NCBI GenBank assembly: GCA_002104945.1
Contig: MCFH01000078.1
Location: 1 to 64,000, forward strand
DNA: 64,000 nucleotides
From: Piromyces finnis finn
Lineage: Eukaryota > Fungi > Neocallimastigomycota
Direction: 5' to 3'
Shown here: positions 1 to 9,813 of the stretch, piece after piece
Numbering within the stretch: the stretch's first letter is position 1
Layout: every line of letters begins with the position of its first letter
Position numbers and translations under genes: made by a program
The notes under the pieces: generated by a model
Databases searched by the model: none
What the model was told of the DNA's origin: nothing
What the model saw: only the letters and a program-made list of their open reading frames with translations

Positions 1-3000
1 GTGATCAATCTTCCGACATTGACCATGCTCTTATCAATTCGAAGATGAAAGATCTTATTCACTCAGGATCATTTATAAATAATTTTTATCCTGTATCAGA
101 CCATAAGCCACTTCTTATTAATGGTAAAATTATTCCTATGGAAGATTTTTCTAATGACTTTAAGTTCCTAAGAAAATTCTGAAATGGAATAGATTAAAAT
201 GTATTGAGGAAAAGGAATCTATTCTCAGTCATAATAAATTCCAAATACTTTCAGCAAAATTCAACGATCCTAATGTTTCTACAGATGAACTTTCCAAAGA
301 TTTACTTCAACTGCTTTTTCAATTGCAGACGAGCTCAGTATTACCTCAGCAAATAATGTTATAAAGTCTTCATTTCATATTTCACAACAAATTTTTAATC
401 TCAAAAAATCAAAATGAAGTTGTATAAGAGATTTAAAAAAGAAAGAATTTATGATATAGATGAATTTATTAAAAGAATTAAAATCTACCGTAAGCTCATT
501 GATTACATCCACAAAAGATGTAATGAATTTAGGAACAAGAATATCTTCATTGGATTAAAACAGGATGTGAGTATATGAAGAGTCATAATCCTAAGAAGGC
601 CTGGAAATGGATCAAGAAAACTGCAAAAATTGGAAAAGATTCTTTCTTTATTGCTCAACCAATTAAAAATAAAAATGGAGAATTAGTTGTTGCTACGGAA
701 GAACAACTAGATGTGTGGCATGATCATTTCGAAAATCTTGCATCAGATCCAAGTGGTGTAAGTCTTGATTTGGAGCATTGGTATGAAGAACCAACGAATA
801 AACGTTTTTCACTCCTATGCTTGATGAAGGGATATCAACCAAGATATTAGTATTGATGAAGTCAAGTCAGCTATCCTCTTACTCCAATTATAAAGCATCA
901 GGTCCGGATGGTATTCCAATTGAATTTTACAAAGCATTAATTCCATCAAGTAATGATTCTAATAATGCTACAGATAATAATTCTTCCGGTAATACCTTCA
1001 GATAATGATGTCTTATGGTTTAAATTTTATTCTTAAATTATTCAACCGTATTTGGGATGGAGACTTCCCCAACTCATGGAATGAATCCAGTATTGTTTCT
1101 ATTCCTAAGAAGGGAGATTTGACAGATTGTGATAACTATCGAGGTATATCACTTATCAATAATGGTATTAAGTTGATTTCCAAAATTGTCACCACTAGAA
1201 TCTCAGAATATGGTCTAAAGAATAATTTCATTAGACCTGAACAATTTGGGTTTTCGAAAAAAGGAAGAAAGTATCAGTCTTTTCATTTCAATCCAAGAAA
1301 TATGCCGTAGACGTCAATTAGATAATAAAGAGAATATTTGGCCTTTTTAGATCTCAGGAAAGCATACGATTCAGTCCCATCGGTAATATTCTCCATAAAT
1401 TAGATTGTTTAGGATCCGAGGTAAGAGTTTACAATTCATCAAATTTATATTTAACATCTAAGGCTAATGTCAAATTAGATGGACAATTCTCGAAATCTTT
1501 TGATGTGAAGAAAGGGTCCGTCAAGGATGCCCTCTTTCTCCTATTCTCTTTAATCTCTTTATTAATGATATATTTAAAGAGTGTGAAGATCTCGGAGTCA
1601 GTTTAGGTGACACTCGATGCTGTGGTGGACTTTTTGCAGATGATATAGTTATTTGTGCTCCAACAAGAGGATGCTTAAAAAAGATGCTTAGAAGAGTTAA
1701 TGATGGGCCTTGTATAATGAAATGGATTTGGTATCCAGAAATGTCACGATGGTGATTCGTCCTGAATCAATAGAAAATCAGAACAAGAGAGATCCAACAT
1801 TTTATTAGCAGGACAACCCATTCCAACTACTGATTGTTTACTTATCTTGGTGTTCCATTTGATAAGAATCTGTCCCTTAAACCAGTTATTAAGCTCTTAA
1901 TAACAAGGTTTTGAAAGGGCTTTTCTCAGTCAGTAATTCTTAAGATCTAATATTCCTATTCCTTCAAAAACTAGTACTTAACTCACAAGTGATTAGCAGA
2001 GTTTCATACTTGCACCATTACTTGGATCCAACAAAGCAGGTCTAGGAATTGCTCAGAAGCATGTTAACAAAGGAATACGATGGGTTGCCGGAGTTCATAA
2101 AGCTGTATCGTTTATATCTTTATACTCTATCTCAAAAGATTTGAATATTCCTCCATTGTCAGCCAAATGTGCTTAGCTCAGGTTAGATGTTTTAACAAAT
2201 GGAAAAACTCAAATTGTATTATCTCACACCTTGTCAATTACATTCCTAAATTTAGAAAATACACGTGGTGCAAATCAAGTAGGACACTTGATAAAAAATT
2301 AAAGAAACATGGAGATGTTAAAGCAGTTAAAAACTTTTATTGGAAAAGATCTCAAAGGGAATTCAATCAAAGCGCAATATTATGATGATAATAGTTTATT
2401 GATACTAAGATTTTATTAAATTATGTTATGAGTACCCAGAGTTTTGCCTATGGCTTCTACTGGCTATTGAAAGCAAGAAGCGGATACAAGTTGGATGCTA
2501 GAGTTGCCAAAGCTGCCAAATTTGTTGATCCAGTTTGTCCTAACTACTGTCCATGTTGCAAGTGTGGAGATCAAAGTATTAAACATTGGTTATTAGATTG
2601 TCCAACATTTAGAGATATCCGTATTAAACATTATGATTCCATAGTCCAGCTATTAAATTTTTTCAGTCAACGTAATTCCAATAGTCCTATCAATAATAAT
2701 GAAATTGATAAATCAGTAGAGATAGTAATAATATTAATAGTAATAGTAACAATAGTAATAATAACAATAGTAATAGTAACAATAGTAATATAACAATAGT
2801 AGTAATAGAAATAATAATATTAGTAATGATACATAGTGAAGATAATAATTCTAATTTAGATAGTAATTTAGTTAATGATAGTAATAGTTCTAATAATCCG
2901 GTGAATATTAATGTGTATGATTATTCTAGTGTGTGCAGTAAAAATATTTAATTCCTTCTTGGGGGAAGAAGTTTTAACAAATTAATTACAATTCAAGGGA

Positions 3001-3378
3001 ATGGAAAGAACTTTGTAAGCGTCAGATTCAATCTGGTACTAACGAAGGAACACCATTCTTGACGGTAACCGCGGAACTTCTAACCAAATCATGCTTTTCT
3101 ATTGGCCAGCAATGGTCATGTTCAAAAGGTTTGAAGAACATCCAAGAGCGTCAATGCTGAAGAAACAGTAAGACAGGCCAGGAGGGCCAGCGCAACCAAT
3201 GGAGATCATAATTTTGTCCCATGATAAAAATTTTATCTTTGCTCGGTGTCCCATTGGAAGTCAAATACATTTATTATACTTTGTATGATAGTGGCTTTCT
3301 TACTTTAATTAAAATTACTAGAATAATTATACCCAATTTTTATTCATTTGTGTTTATTTTAAACATATTTTTTTTTTA

Positions 3379-3406
<28 letters not shown>
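1..3406 (+). mobile_element. Frameshifted copy of the adjacent LINE (end of APE, RT, C-terminal Zn finger, 3' UTR); runs off the left window edge
   Basis: Near-identical reverse complement of 3475-6907 (position 1 pairs with about 6907). ORF fragments at 575, 817, 1005, 2167 and 2428 match parts of the 1508-aa protein. From position 1 to the stop codon it is 3224 nt versus 3263 nt in the intact copy, mostly through 1-nt deletions. Confidence 0.95.
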
Positions 3407-3409
<3 letters not shown>

Positions 3410-3644
3410 GGCATCAAATATTTTAAACTTTATTATTAATTTAATTAAAATTATAATACATGTAATATAAAAATTAAAATAAAATAAAAATAAAAAAAAT
3501 ATGTTTAAATAAACACAAATGAATAAAAATTGGGTATAATGTATTCTAGTAATTTTAATTAAAGTAAGAAAGCCACTATCATACTAAAGTATAATAATTG
3601 TATTTGACTTCCAATGGGACACCGAGCCAAAGATCAAAATTTTA

Positions 3645-6600
3645 TCATGGGACAAAATTATGATCTCCATTGGTTGCGCTGGCCCTCCTGGCCTGTCTTA
3701 CTGTTTCTTCAGCATTGACGCTCTTGGATGTTGCTTCAAACCTTTTGAACATTGACCATTGCTGGCCAATAGCAAAAGGCATGATTTTGGTTAGAAGTTC
3801 CGCGGTTACCGTCAAGAATGGTGTTCCTTCGTTAGTACCAGATTGAATCTGACGCTTACAAAGTTCTTTCCATTCCCTTGAATTGTAATTAATATTGTTA
3901 AAACTTCTTCCCCCAAGAAGGAATTTAAATATTTTACTGCACACACTAGAATAATCATACACATTAATATTCACCGGATTATTAGAACTATTACTATCAT
4001 TAACTAAATTACTATCTAAATTAGAATTATTATCTTCACTATTGCTATCATTACTAATATTATTATTTCTATTACTACTATTGTTATTATTACTATTGTT
4101 ACTATTACTATTGTTATTATTACTATTGTTACTATTACTATTAATATTATTACTATCTCTACTGATATTATCAATTTCATTATTATTGATAGGACTATTG
4201 GAATTACGTTGACTGAAAAAATTTAATAGCTGGACTATGGAATCATAATGTTTAATACGGATATCTCTAAATGTTGGACAATCTAATAACCAATGTTTAA
4301 TACTTTGATCTCCACACTTGCAACATGGACAGTAGTTAGGACAAACTGGATCAACAAATTTGGCAGCTTTGGCAACTCTAGCATCCAACTTGTATCCGCT
4401 TCTTGCTTTCAATAGCCAGTAGAAGCCATAGGCAAACTCTGGGTACTCATAACATAATTTAATAAAATCTTTAGTATCAATAAACTTATTATCATCATAA
4501 TATTGCGCTTTGATTGAATTCCCTTTGAGATCTTTCCAATAAAAGTTTTTAACTGCTTTAACATCTCCATGTTTCTTTAGTTTTTTATCAAGTGTCCTAC
4601 TTGATTTGCACCACGTGTATTTTCTAAATTTAGGAATGTAATTGACAAGGTGTGAGATAATACAATTTGAGTTTTTCCATTTGTTAAAACATCTAACCTG
4701 AGCTAATGCACATTTGGCTGACAATGGAGGAATATTCAAATCTTTTGAGATAGAGTATAAAGATATAAACGATACAGCTTTATGAACTCCGGCAACCCAT
4801 CGTATTCCTTTGTTAACATGCTTCTGTGCAATCCTAGACCTGGCTTTGTTGGATCCAAGTAATGGTGCAAAGTATGAAACTCTGCTAATCACTTGTGAGT
4901 TAAGTACTAGCTTTTTGAAGGGAATAGGAATATTAGGATTTCTTAAGAATTTACTGACTGAGAAAAGTCCTTTCAAAACCTTGTTATTAAGAGCTTTAAT
5001 AACTGGTTTAAGGGACAGATTCTTATCAAATGGAACACCAAGATAAGTATAACAATCAGTAGTTGGAATGGGTTGTCCTGCTAAGTAAAATGTTGGATCT
5101 CTCTTGTTCTGATTTTCTATTGATTCAGGACGAATCACCATCGTTGAACATTTCTGGATACCAAATTCCATTTCATTATACAAGGCCCATTCATTAACTC
5201 TTCTAAGCATCTTTTTTAAGCATCCTCTTGTTGGAGCACAAATAACTATATCATCTGCAAAAAGTCCACCACAGCATCGAGTGTCACCTAAACTGACTCC
5301 GAGATCTTCACACTCTTTAAATATATCATTAATAAAGAGATTAAAGAGAATAGGAGAAAGAGGGCATCCTTGACGGACTCCTTTCTTCACATCAAAAGAT
5401 TTCGAGAATTGTCCATCTAATTTGACATTAGCCTTAGATGTTAAATATAAATTTTTGATGAATTGTAAACTCTTACCTCGGATTCCTAAACAATCTAATT
5501 TATGGAGAATATTACCGATTGGGACTGAATCGTATGCTTTCCTGAGATCTAAAAAGGCCAAATATGTCTCTTTATTATCTAATTGACGTCTACGGCATAT
5601 TTCTTGGATTGAAATGAAAAGACTGATACTTTCTTCCTTTTTTCGAAAACCAAATTGTTCAGGTCTAATGAAATTATTCTTTAGACCATATTCTGAGATT
5701 CTAGTGGTGACAATTTTGGAAATCAACTTAATACCATTATTGATAAGTGATATACCTCGATAGTTATCACAATCTGTCAAATCTCCCTTCTTAGGAATAG
5801 AAACAATACTGGATTCATTCCATGAGTTGGGGAAGTCTCCATCCCAAATACGGTTGTATAATTTAAGAATAAAATTTAAACCATAAGAATCATTATCTGA
5901 AGTGGTATTACCGGAAGAATTATTATCTGTAGCATTATTAGAATCATTACTTGATGGAATTAATGCTTTGTAAAATTCAATTGGAATACCATCCGGACCT
6001 GATGCTTTATAATTCGGAGTAGAGAGGATAGCTGACTTGACTTCATCAATACTAATATCTTGGTTGATATCCCATTCATCAAGCATAGGGAGTGAAAAAC
6101 GTTTATTCGTTGGTTCTTCATACCAATGCTCCAAATCAAGACTTACGCCACTTGGATCTGATGCAAGATTTTCGAAATGATCATGCCACACATCTAGTTG
6201 TTCTTCCGTAGCAACAACTAACTCTCCATTTTTATTTTTAATTGGTTGAGCAATAAAGAAAGAATCTTTTCCAATTTTTGCAGTTTTCTTGATCCATTTC
6301 CAGGCCTTCTTAGGATTATGACTCTTCATATACTCACATCCTGTTTTAATCCAATGAAGATATTCTTGTTTCCTAAATTCATTACATCTTTTGTGGATGT
6401 AATCAATGAGCTTACGGTAGATTTTAATTCTTTTAATAAATTCATCTATATCATAAATTCTTTCTTTTTTAAATCTCTTATACAACTTCATTTTGATTTT
6501 TTGGAGATTAAAAATTTGTTGTGAAATATGAAATGAAGACTTTATAACATTATTTGCTGAGGTAATACTGAGCTCGTCTGCAATTGAAAAAGCAGTTGAA

Positions 6601-8171
6601 GTAAATTCTTTGGAAAGATCATCTGTAGAAACATTAGGATCGTTGAATTTTGCTGAAAGTATTTGGAATTTATTATGACTGAGAATAGATTCCTTTTCCT
6701 CAATACATTTTAATCTATTCCATTTCAGAATTTTCTTAGGAACGTTAAAGTCATTAGAAAAATCTTCCATAGGAATAATTTTACCATTAATAAGAAGTGG
6801 CTTATGGTCTGATACAGGATAAAAATTATTTATAAATGATCCTGAGTGAATAAGATCTTTCATCTTCGAATTGATAAGAGCATGGTCAATGTCGGAAGAT
6901 TGTTCACCTCGAGTCCAAGAGATAGTAGACCCTCTAAGCGGAAGAATTTCCCAATCTCCTAATCCATTAGTTGATAACCAGTTGGATAATTTTACTTTAG
7001 ACATATTAAAATCACCAACAAGAATCGATGGATGGGATGAATGAGTTTGTAACCACAAGCGAACTTCTAACTTTGCATGATCAACATAGATGTTGTGATG
7101 ACTATGAGGCATATAAACATTTCCAATCGAGCATTTGAATCTATTCCAGAGACTAAAAGTATAAATAGAAATAATATACTTTCCAGAGAAGTTTTCAAGT
7201 GAGGCTTGACACGAATTGTGAAAACCTAAATATAAACCTCTCATTCCCGGAACTGATTCGTCAGCTTTCTTGAAAAAGTGTCTATAGTTTCGCAAAGTAA
7301 CACGACAAGGATAATCTGTATTCGATCCAGAACCATTACCAGTTTCTTGGAAACATAAGAATAATGGTTTGAAAATAGCTGTGAAATAGCTAATACTATC
7401 TCTCTTTTCATGATTCCACCCATTGGTGTTCCAACTAAGACAAAAAGAAAAGTTATCAGGCTTGTTGGATGAGGAAGAATCGTTGCTATTATTATTATTA
7501 TTAAAGTCATCGTTATTAATGGATGATGCATCAGAGGAATAAGTAGAACTATTACTAGATGGCTGTGAAACTGAAGAACTATCAACTATTGAACTGTTAT
7601 CAGAGTTGATAGAACTATTAGAATTAATTGTTGAATGTTGAGATTGAAATTGTGTTTGCTGTAGATCTGGAATATTTTCATGATGGGAAACTTGTTGAAG
7701 ATCCTGTTGAAGATCTCGTTGAAGATCGGATTGTTGATGAGATTGTTGAACTGATTGTTGAACTGATTGTTGAAATGATTGTTGAATAGAATGTTGATGT
7801 TTATTAGAAACTAAAATTTTACGTTTGAGAGTGGAAAAAGTGTATTTGTGATTCCTTCTACTACGAGCTGAAAAGGAAATTGAGGTAACTGAAAGTTTCT
7901 TCTTTAACATGTGTAAGATTTTAATACAATCTTTTGATGAACCATGAACCTTGACTAAGAAAAAGTGATCATTGAAAGTTTGAAAATATTTAACACTAAT
8001 AACTGAATTAAATTTATCTTCTAGAATAACCTCGAGTTTTTCCCATAGCATATTTACTGACCATGATCGAATACCACGGATAAAGAAGGAGCGAATATCA
8101 TCTAAGGGGATACCATAAGACCGGGTACCACGTCTGATATAATTCTTATCTTTAATATAAAGGACTGACAT
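3645..8171 (-). CDS. LINE polyprotein, 1508 aa: N-terminal RRM-like region, Q/S/N-rich linker, APE endonuclease, reverse transcriptase, C-terminal Cys/His zinc finger, N-rich tail
   Basis: APE motifs SWNTNG, FQET, NVYMP, GDFN, IDH, SDH; RT motifs PKKGD..NYRGISL, QFGFR, FLDLRKAYDSV, GVRQGCPLSPILF, FADD, YLG; CPCCKC..KHWLLDCP. Confidence 0.97.
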   Translation of the reverse strand: MSVLYIKDKNYIRRGTRSYGIPLDDIRSFFIRGIRSWSVNMLWEKLEVILEDKFNSVISVKYFQTFNDHFFLVKVHGSSKDCIKILHMLKKKLSVTSISFSARSRRNHKYTFSTLKRKILVSNKHQHSIQQSFQQSVQQSVQQSHQQSDLQRDLQQDLQQVSHHENIPDLQQTQFQSQHSTINSNSSINSDNSSIVDSSSVSQPSSNSSTYSSDASSINNDDFNNNNNSNDSSSSNKPDNFSFCLSWNTNGWNHEKRDSISYFTAIFKPLFLCFQETGNGSGSNTDYPCRVTLRNYRHFFKKADESVPGMRGLYLGFHNSCQASLENFSGKYIISIYTFSLWNRFKCSIGNVYMPHSHHNIYVDHAKLEVRLWLQTHSSHPSILVGDFNMSKVKLSNWLSTNGLGDWEILPLRGSTISWTRGEQSSDIDHALINSKMKDLIHSGSFINNFYPVSDHKPLLINGKIIPMEDFSNDFNVPKKILKWNRLKCIEEKESILSHNKFQILSAKFNDPNVSTDDLSKEFTSTAFSIADELSITSANNVIKSSFHISQQIFNLQKIKMKLYKRFKKERIYDIDEFIKRIKIYRKLIDYIHKRCNEFRKQEYLHWIKTGCEYMKSHNPKKAWKWIKKTAKIGKDSFFIAQPIKNKNGELVVATEEQLDVWHDHFENLASDPSGVSLDLEHWYEEPTNKRFSLPMLDEWDINQDISIDEVKSAILSTPNYKASGPDGIPIEFYKALIPSSNDSNNATDNNSSGNTTSDNDSYGLNFILKLYNRIWDGDFPNSWNESSIVSIPKKGDLTDCDNYRGISLINNGIKLISKIVTTRISEYGLKNNFIRPEQFGFRKKEESISLFISIQEICRRRQLDNKETYLAFLDLRKAYDSVPIGNILHKLDCLGIRGKSLQFIKNLYLTSKANVKLDGQFSKSFDVKKGVRQGCPLSPILFNLFINDIFKECEDLGVSLGDTRCCGGLFADDIVICAPTRGCLKKMLRRVNEWALYNEMEFGIQKCSTMVIRPESIENQNKRDPTFYLAGQPIPTTDCYTYLGVPFDKNLSLKPVIKALNNKVLKGLFSVSKFLRNPNIPIPFKKLVLNSQVISRVSYFAPLLGSNKARSRIAQKHVNKGIRWVAGVHKAVSFISLYSISKDLNIPPLSAKCALAQVRCFNKWKNSNCIISHLVNYIPKFRKYTWCKSSRTLDKKLKKHGDVKAVKNFYWKDLKGNSIKAQYYDDNKFIDTKDFIKLCYEYPEFAYGFYWLLKARSGYKLDARVAKAAKFVDPVCPNYCPCCKCGDQSIKHWLLDCPTFRDIRIKHYDSIVQLLNFFSQRNSNSPINNNEIDNISRDSNNINSNSNNSNNNNSNSNNSNNNNSSNRNNNISNDSNSEDNNSNLDSNLVNDSNSSNNPVNINVYDYSSVCSKIFKFLLGGRSFNNINYNSREWKELCKRQIQSGTNEGTPFLTVTAELLTKIMPFAIGQQWSMFKRFEATSKSVNAEETVRQARRASATNGDHNFVP
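7690..7790 (-). repeat. 12-bp coding tandem repeat (QQSx / LQQD) in the LINE ORF linker
   Basis: Repeated ctgattgttgaa-like units on +; protein QQSIQQSFQQSVQQSVQQSHQQSDLQRDLQQDLQQ. Confidence 0.8.
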
Positions 8172-8816
8172 GATAATAAATTCTAATTAAAAAATATTGA
8201 ATATAAAATAAATACTAATAAAAATTACAAATATAACGTATATGGAAAAAAATCTGTCTCTCTCTCTCTTCTTAAAAGTACTGGATAGTACAAAAATTGT
8301 TACGATGCTTTGTTTAAAGTTTCTTATTTTTTGAATTCTAGTTGTAAATTTTCTTTAAAAATTCTAGTTTTGGTTTGTTGTTAGTAAATTCGAATCGCTT
8401 TTTGACACTAAACTTGTTTGACTTTACTTTTCATTAAATATTTAAATTGGTAAAAAATTTGAATCAAGAATGTCGACACCAGAAAGCTTGTGAATAGTAT
8501 TTTTACATGATGTAGAGTGAATCAGTCTCTTACAAGAAACAATACAACAATAGCTACATGAATATAAAAGTACAATGCAAATGCTAAAGTTGACTACATT
8601 GGATTCTTACAAGAGAAGAGTAGTACTACATGAATACATGAATAAAAGAAAAAATACAGCAACAAAATGTATTACTCTTCTAATTAAATACTATACAAAC
8701 TTACCTGAAAAATCAAACATTCACTTATTCATCAAATACTTAAATTTGATGAATAAAATGTTTTTTAATCGCTCAGTACCATGAGCTTAGTCCTAATAAT
8801 TTTCCCTTGAAGACTA

Positions 8817-9064
8817 ACCAAGCATCCATTGCGCAATGCTTGGATTTAATTCTTTCTACTCTCTCAGTACCATGAGCATGAGTAGACCCCCTTGAGAAAT
8901 TACATTTATTAAATAAATGAAGGCACATTCCTAAGAGGGCACCAAGCATCCATTGCGCAATACTTGGATTTAATTCTTTCTACTCTCTCAGTACCATGAG
9001 CATGAGTAGACCCCCTTGAGAAACTACATTTATTAAATAAATGAAGGCACGTTCCCAAGAGGGC
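8817..9064. repeat. Two tandem 124-bp units with internal inverted repeats, plus a partial diverged unit at 8771-8816
   Basis: accaagcatccattgcgcaat starts at 8817 and again at 8941; the units differ at only a few positions. Confidence 0.95.
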
Positions 9065-9813
9065 TTCACTATTGCTATCATTACTAATATTATTATTTCT
9101 ATTATTGTTATTACTACTATTGTTATTATTACTATTGTTATTATTACTATTACTAAAGTAGTAATGGTCAACCTGAAAATTTTGAAAATTTCATAAAGGA
9201 CAACACATTGTAAGTATTACCTTTTAAAATGTTCGGAGATGTTTCTCTTTCTTAAACTTTAAAAATTACTTAACACATTTTTTTTTTTTAAAAAGAAAAT
9301 TTCAAAACTTTTTTTTTTTAAATTTTTTATTGTTATTTTGATATTTTTTTATATTATTAAAAAAAAAATTTCTTTTTTTTATTTATATGTTCTCTTTTTC
9401 TTTTTTTTAAACATTTGAAATTCTTTTTTTTTATGTCAAAAAAAATTTTTTTTAATCTAAAAACTTTAAAATCTTCGTTTTTCATTTTTTTTTTTTTTAT
9501 ATTCTATGAGCAACGTAGTTTTCAAAATAACTTTTATAAATAAGAATAATAATAATAAGCTTTATATAAAATTATATATATTAAAAAAACTAAAAATTAA
9601 TAAAAAAAAAAGGCCCACTATTACTATTTTTATTAATAAAAAAAAAAAATTTTTTTTATAATTTTTCATTTTTTTATAAAGGTATATTTTTCCCTTTTCT
9701 GGATCAATAAATTTTGTTCATTATTTTTTATAAATAGTATAAATAAATATGTGATGAAATTTTATCTTATATTTTGAAATTTTTTAAAAAAAATACTGCT
9801 GTATCTAAATAAT

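Larger units (their letters stand above)
3475..8171 (-). mobile_element. Non-LTR retrotransposon (LINE, APE-RT type), apparently intact; 5' boundary lies upstream of 8171 and is not resolved
   Basis: Single 4.5-kb ORF with endonuclease and RT motifs, followed by a roughly 170-nt 3' UTR ending in a T-rich tail that is shared with the second copy. Confidence 0.95.

Noticed and set aside
4810-7585. Small ORFs 4810-5046, 6246-6524 and 7241-7585 overlapping the LINE ORF
   Set aside because: Antisense or alternate-frame shadows of the long ORF; no motifs.
8172-8784. Possible separate LINE ORF1, and the + strand ORF 8575-8784
   Set aside because: All minus-strand frames are interrupted by stops within short distances; the + ORF has no recognisable features.
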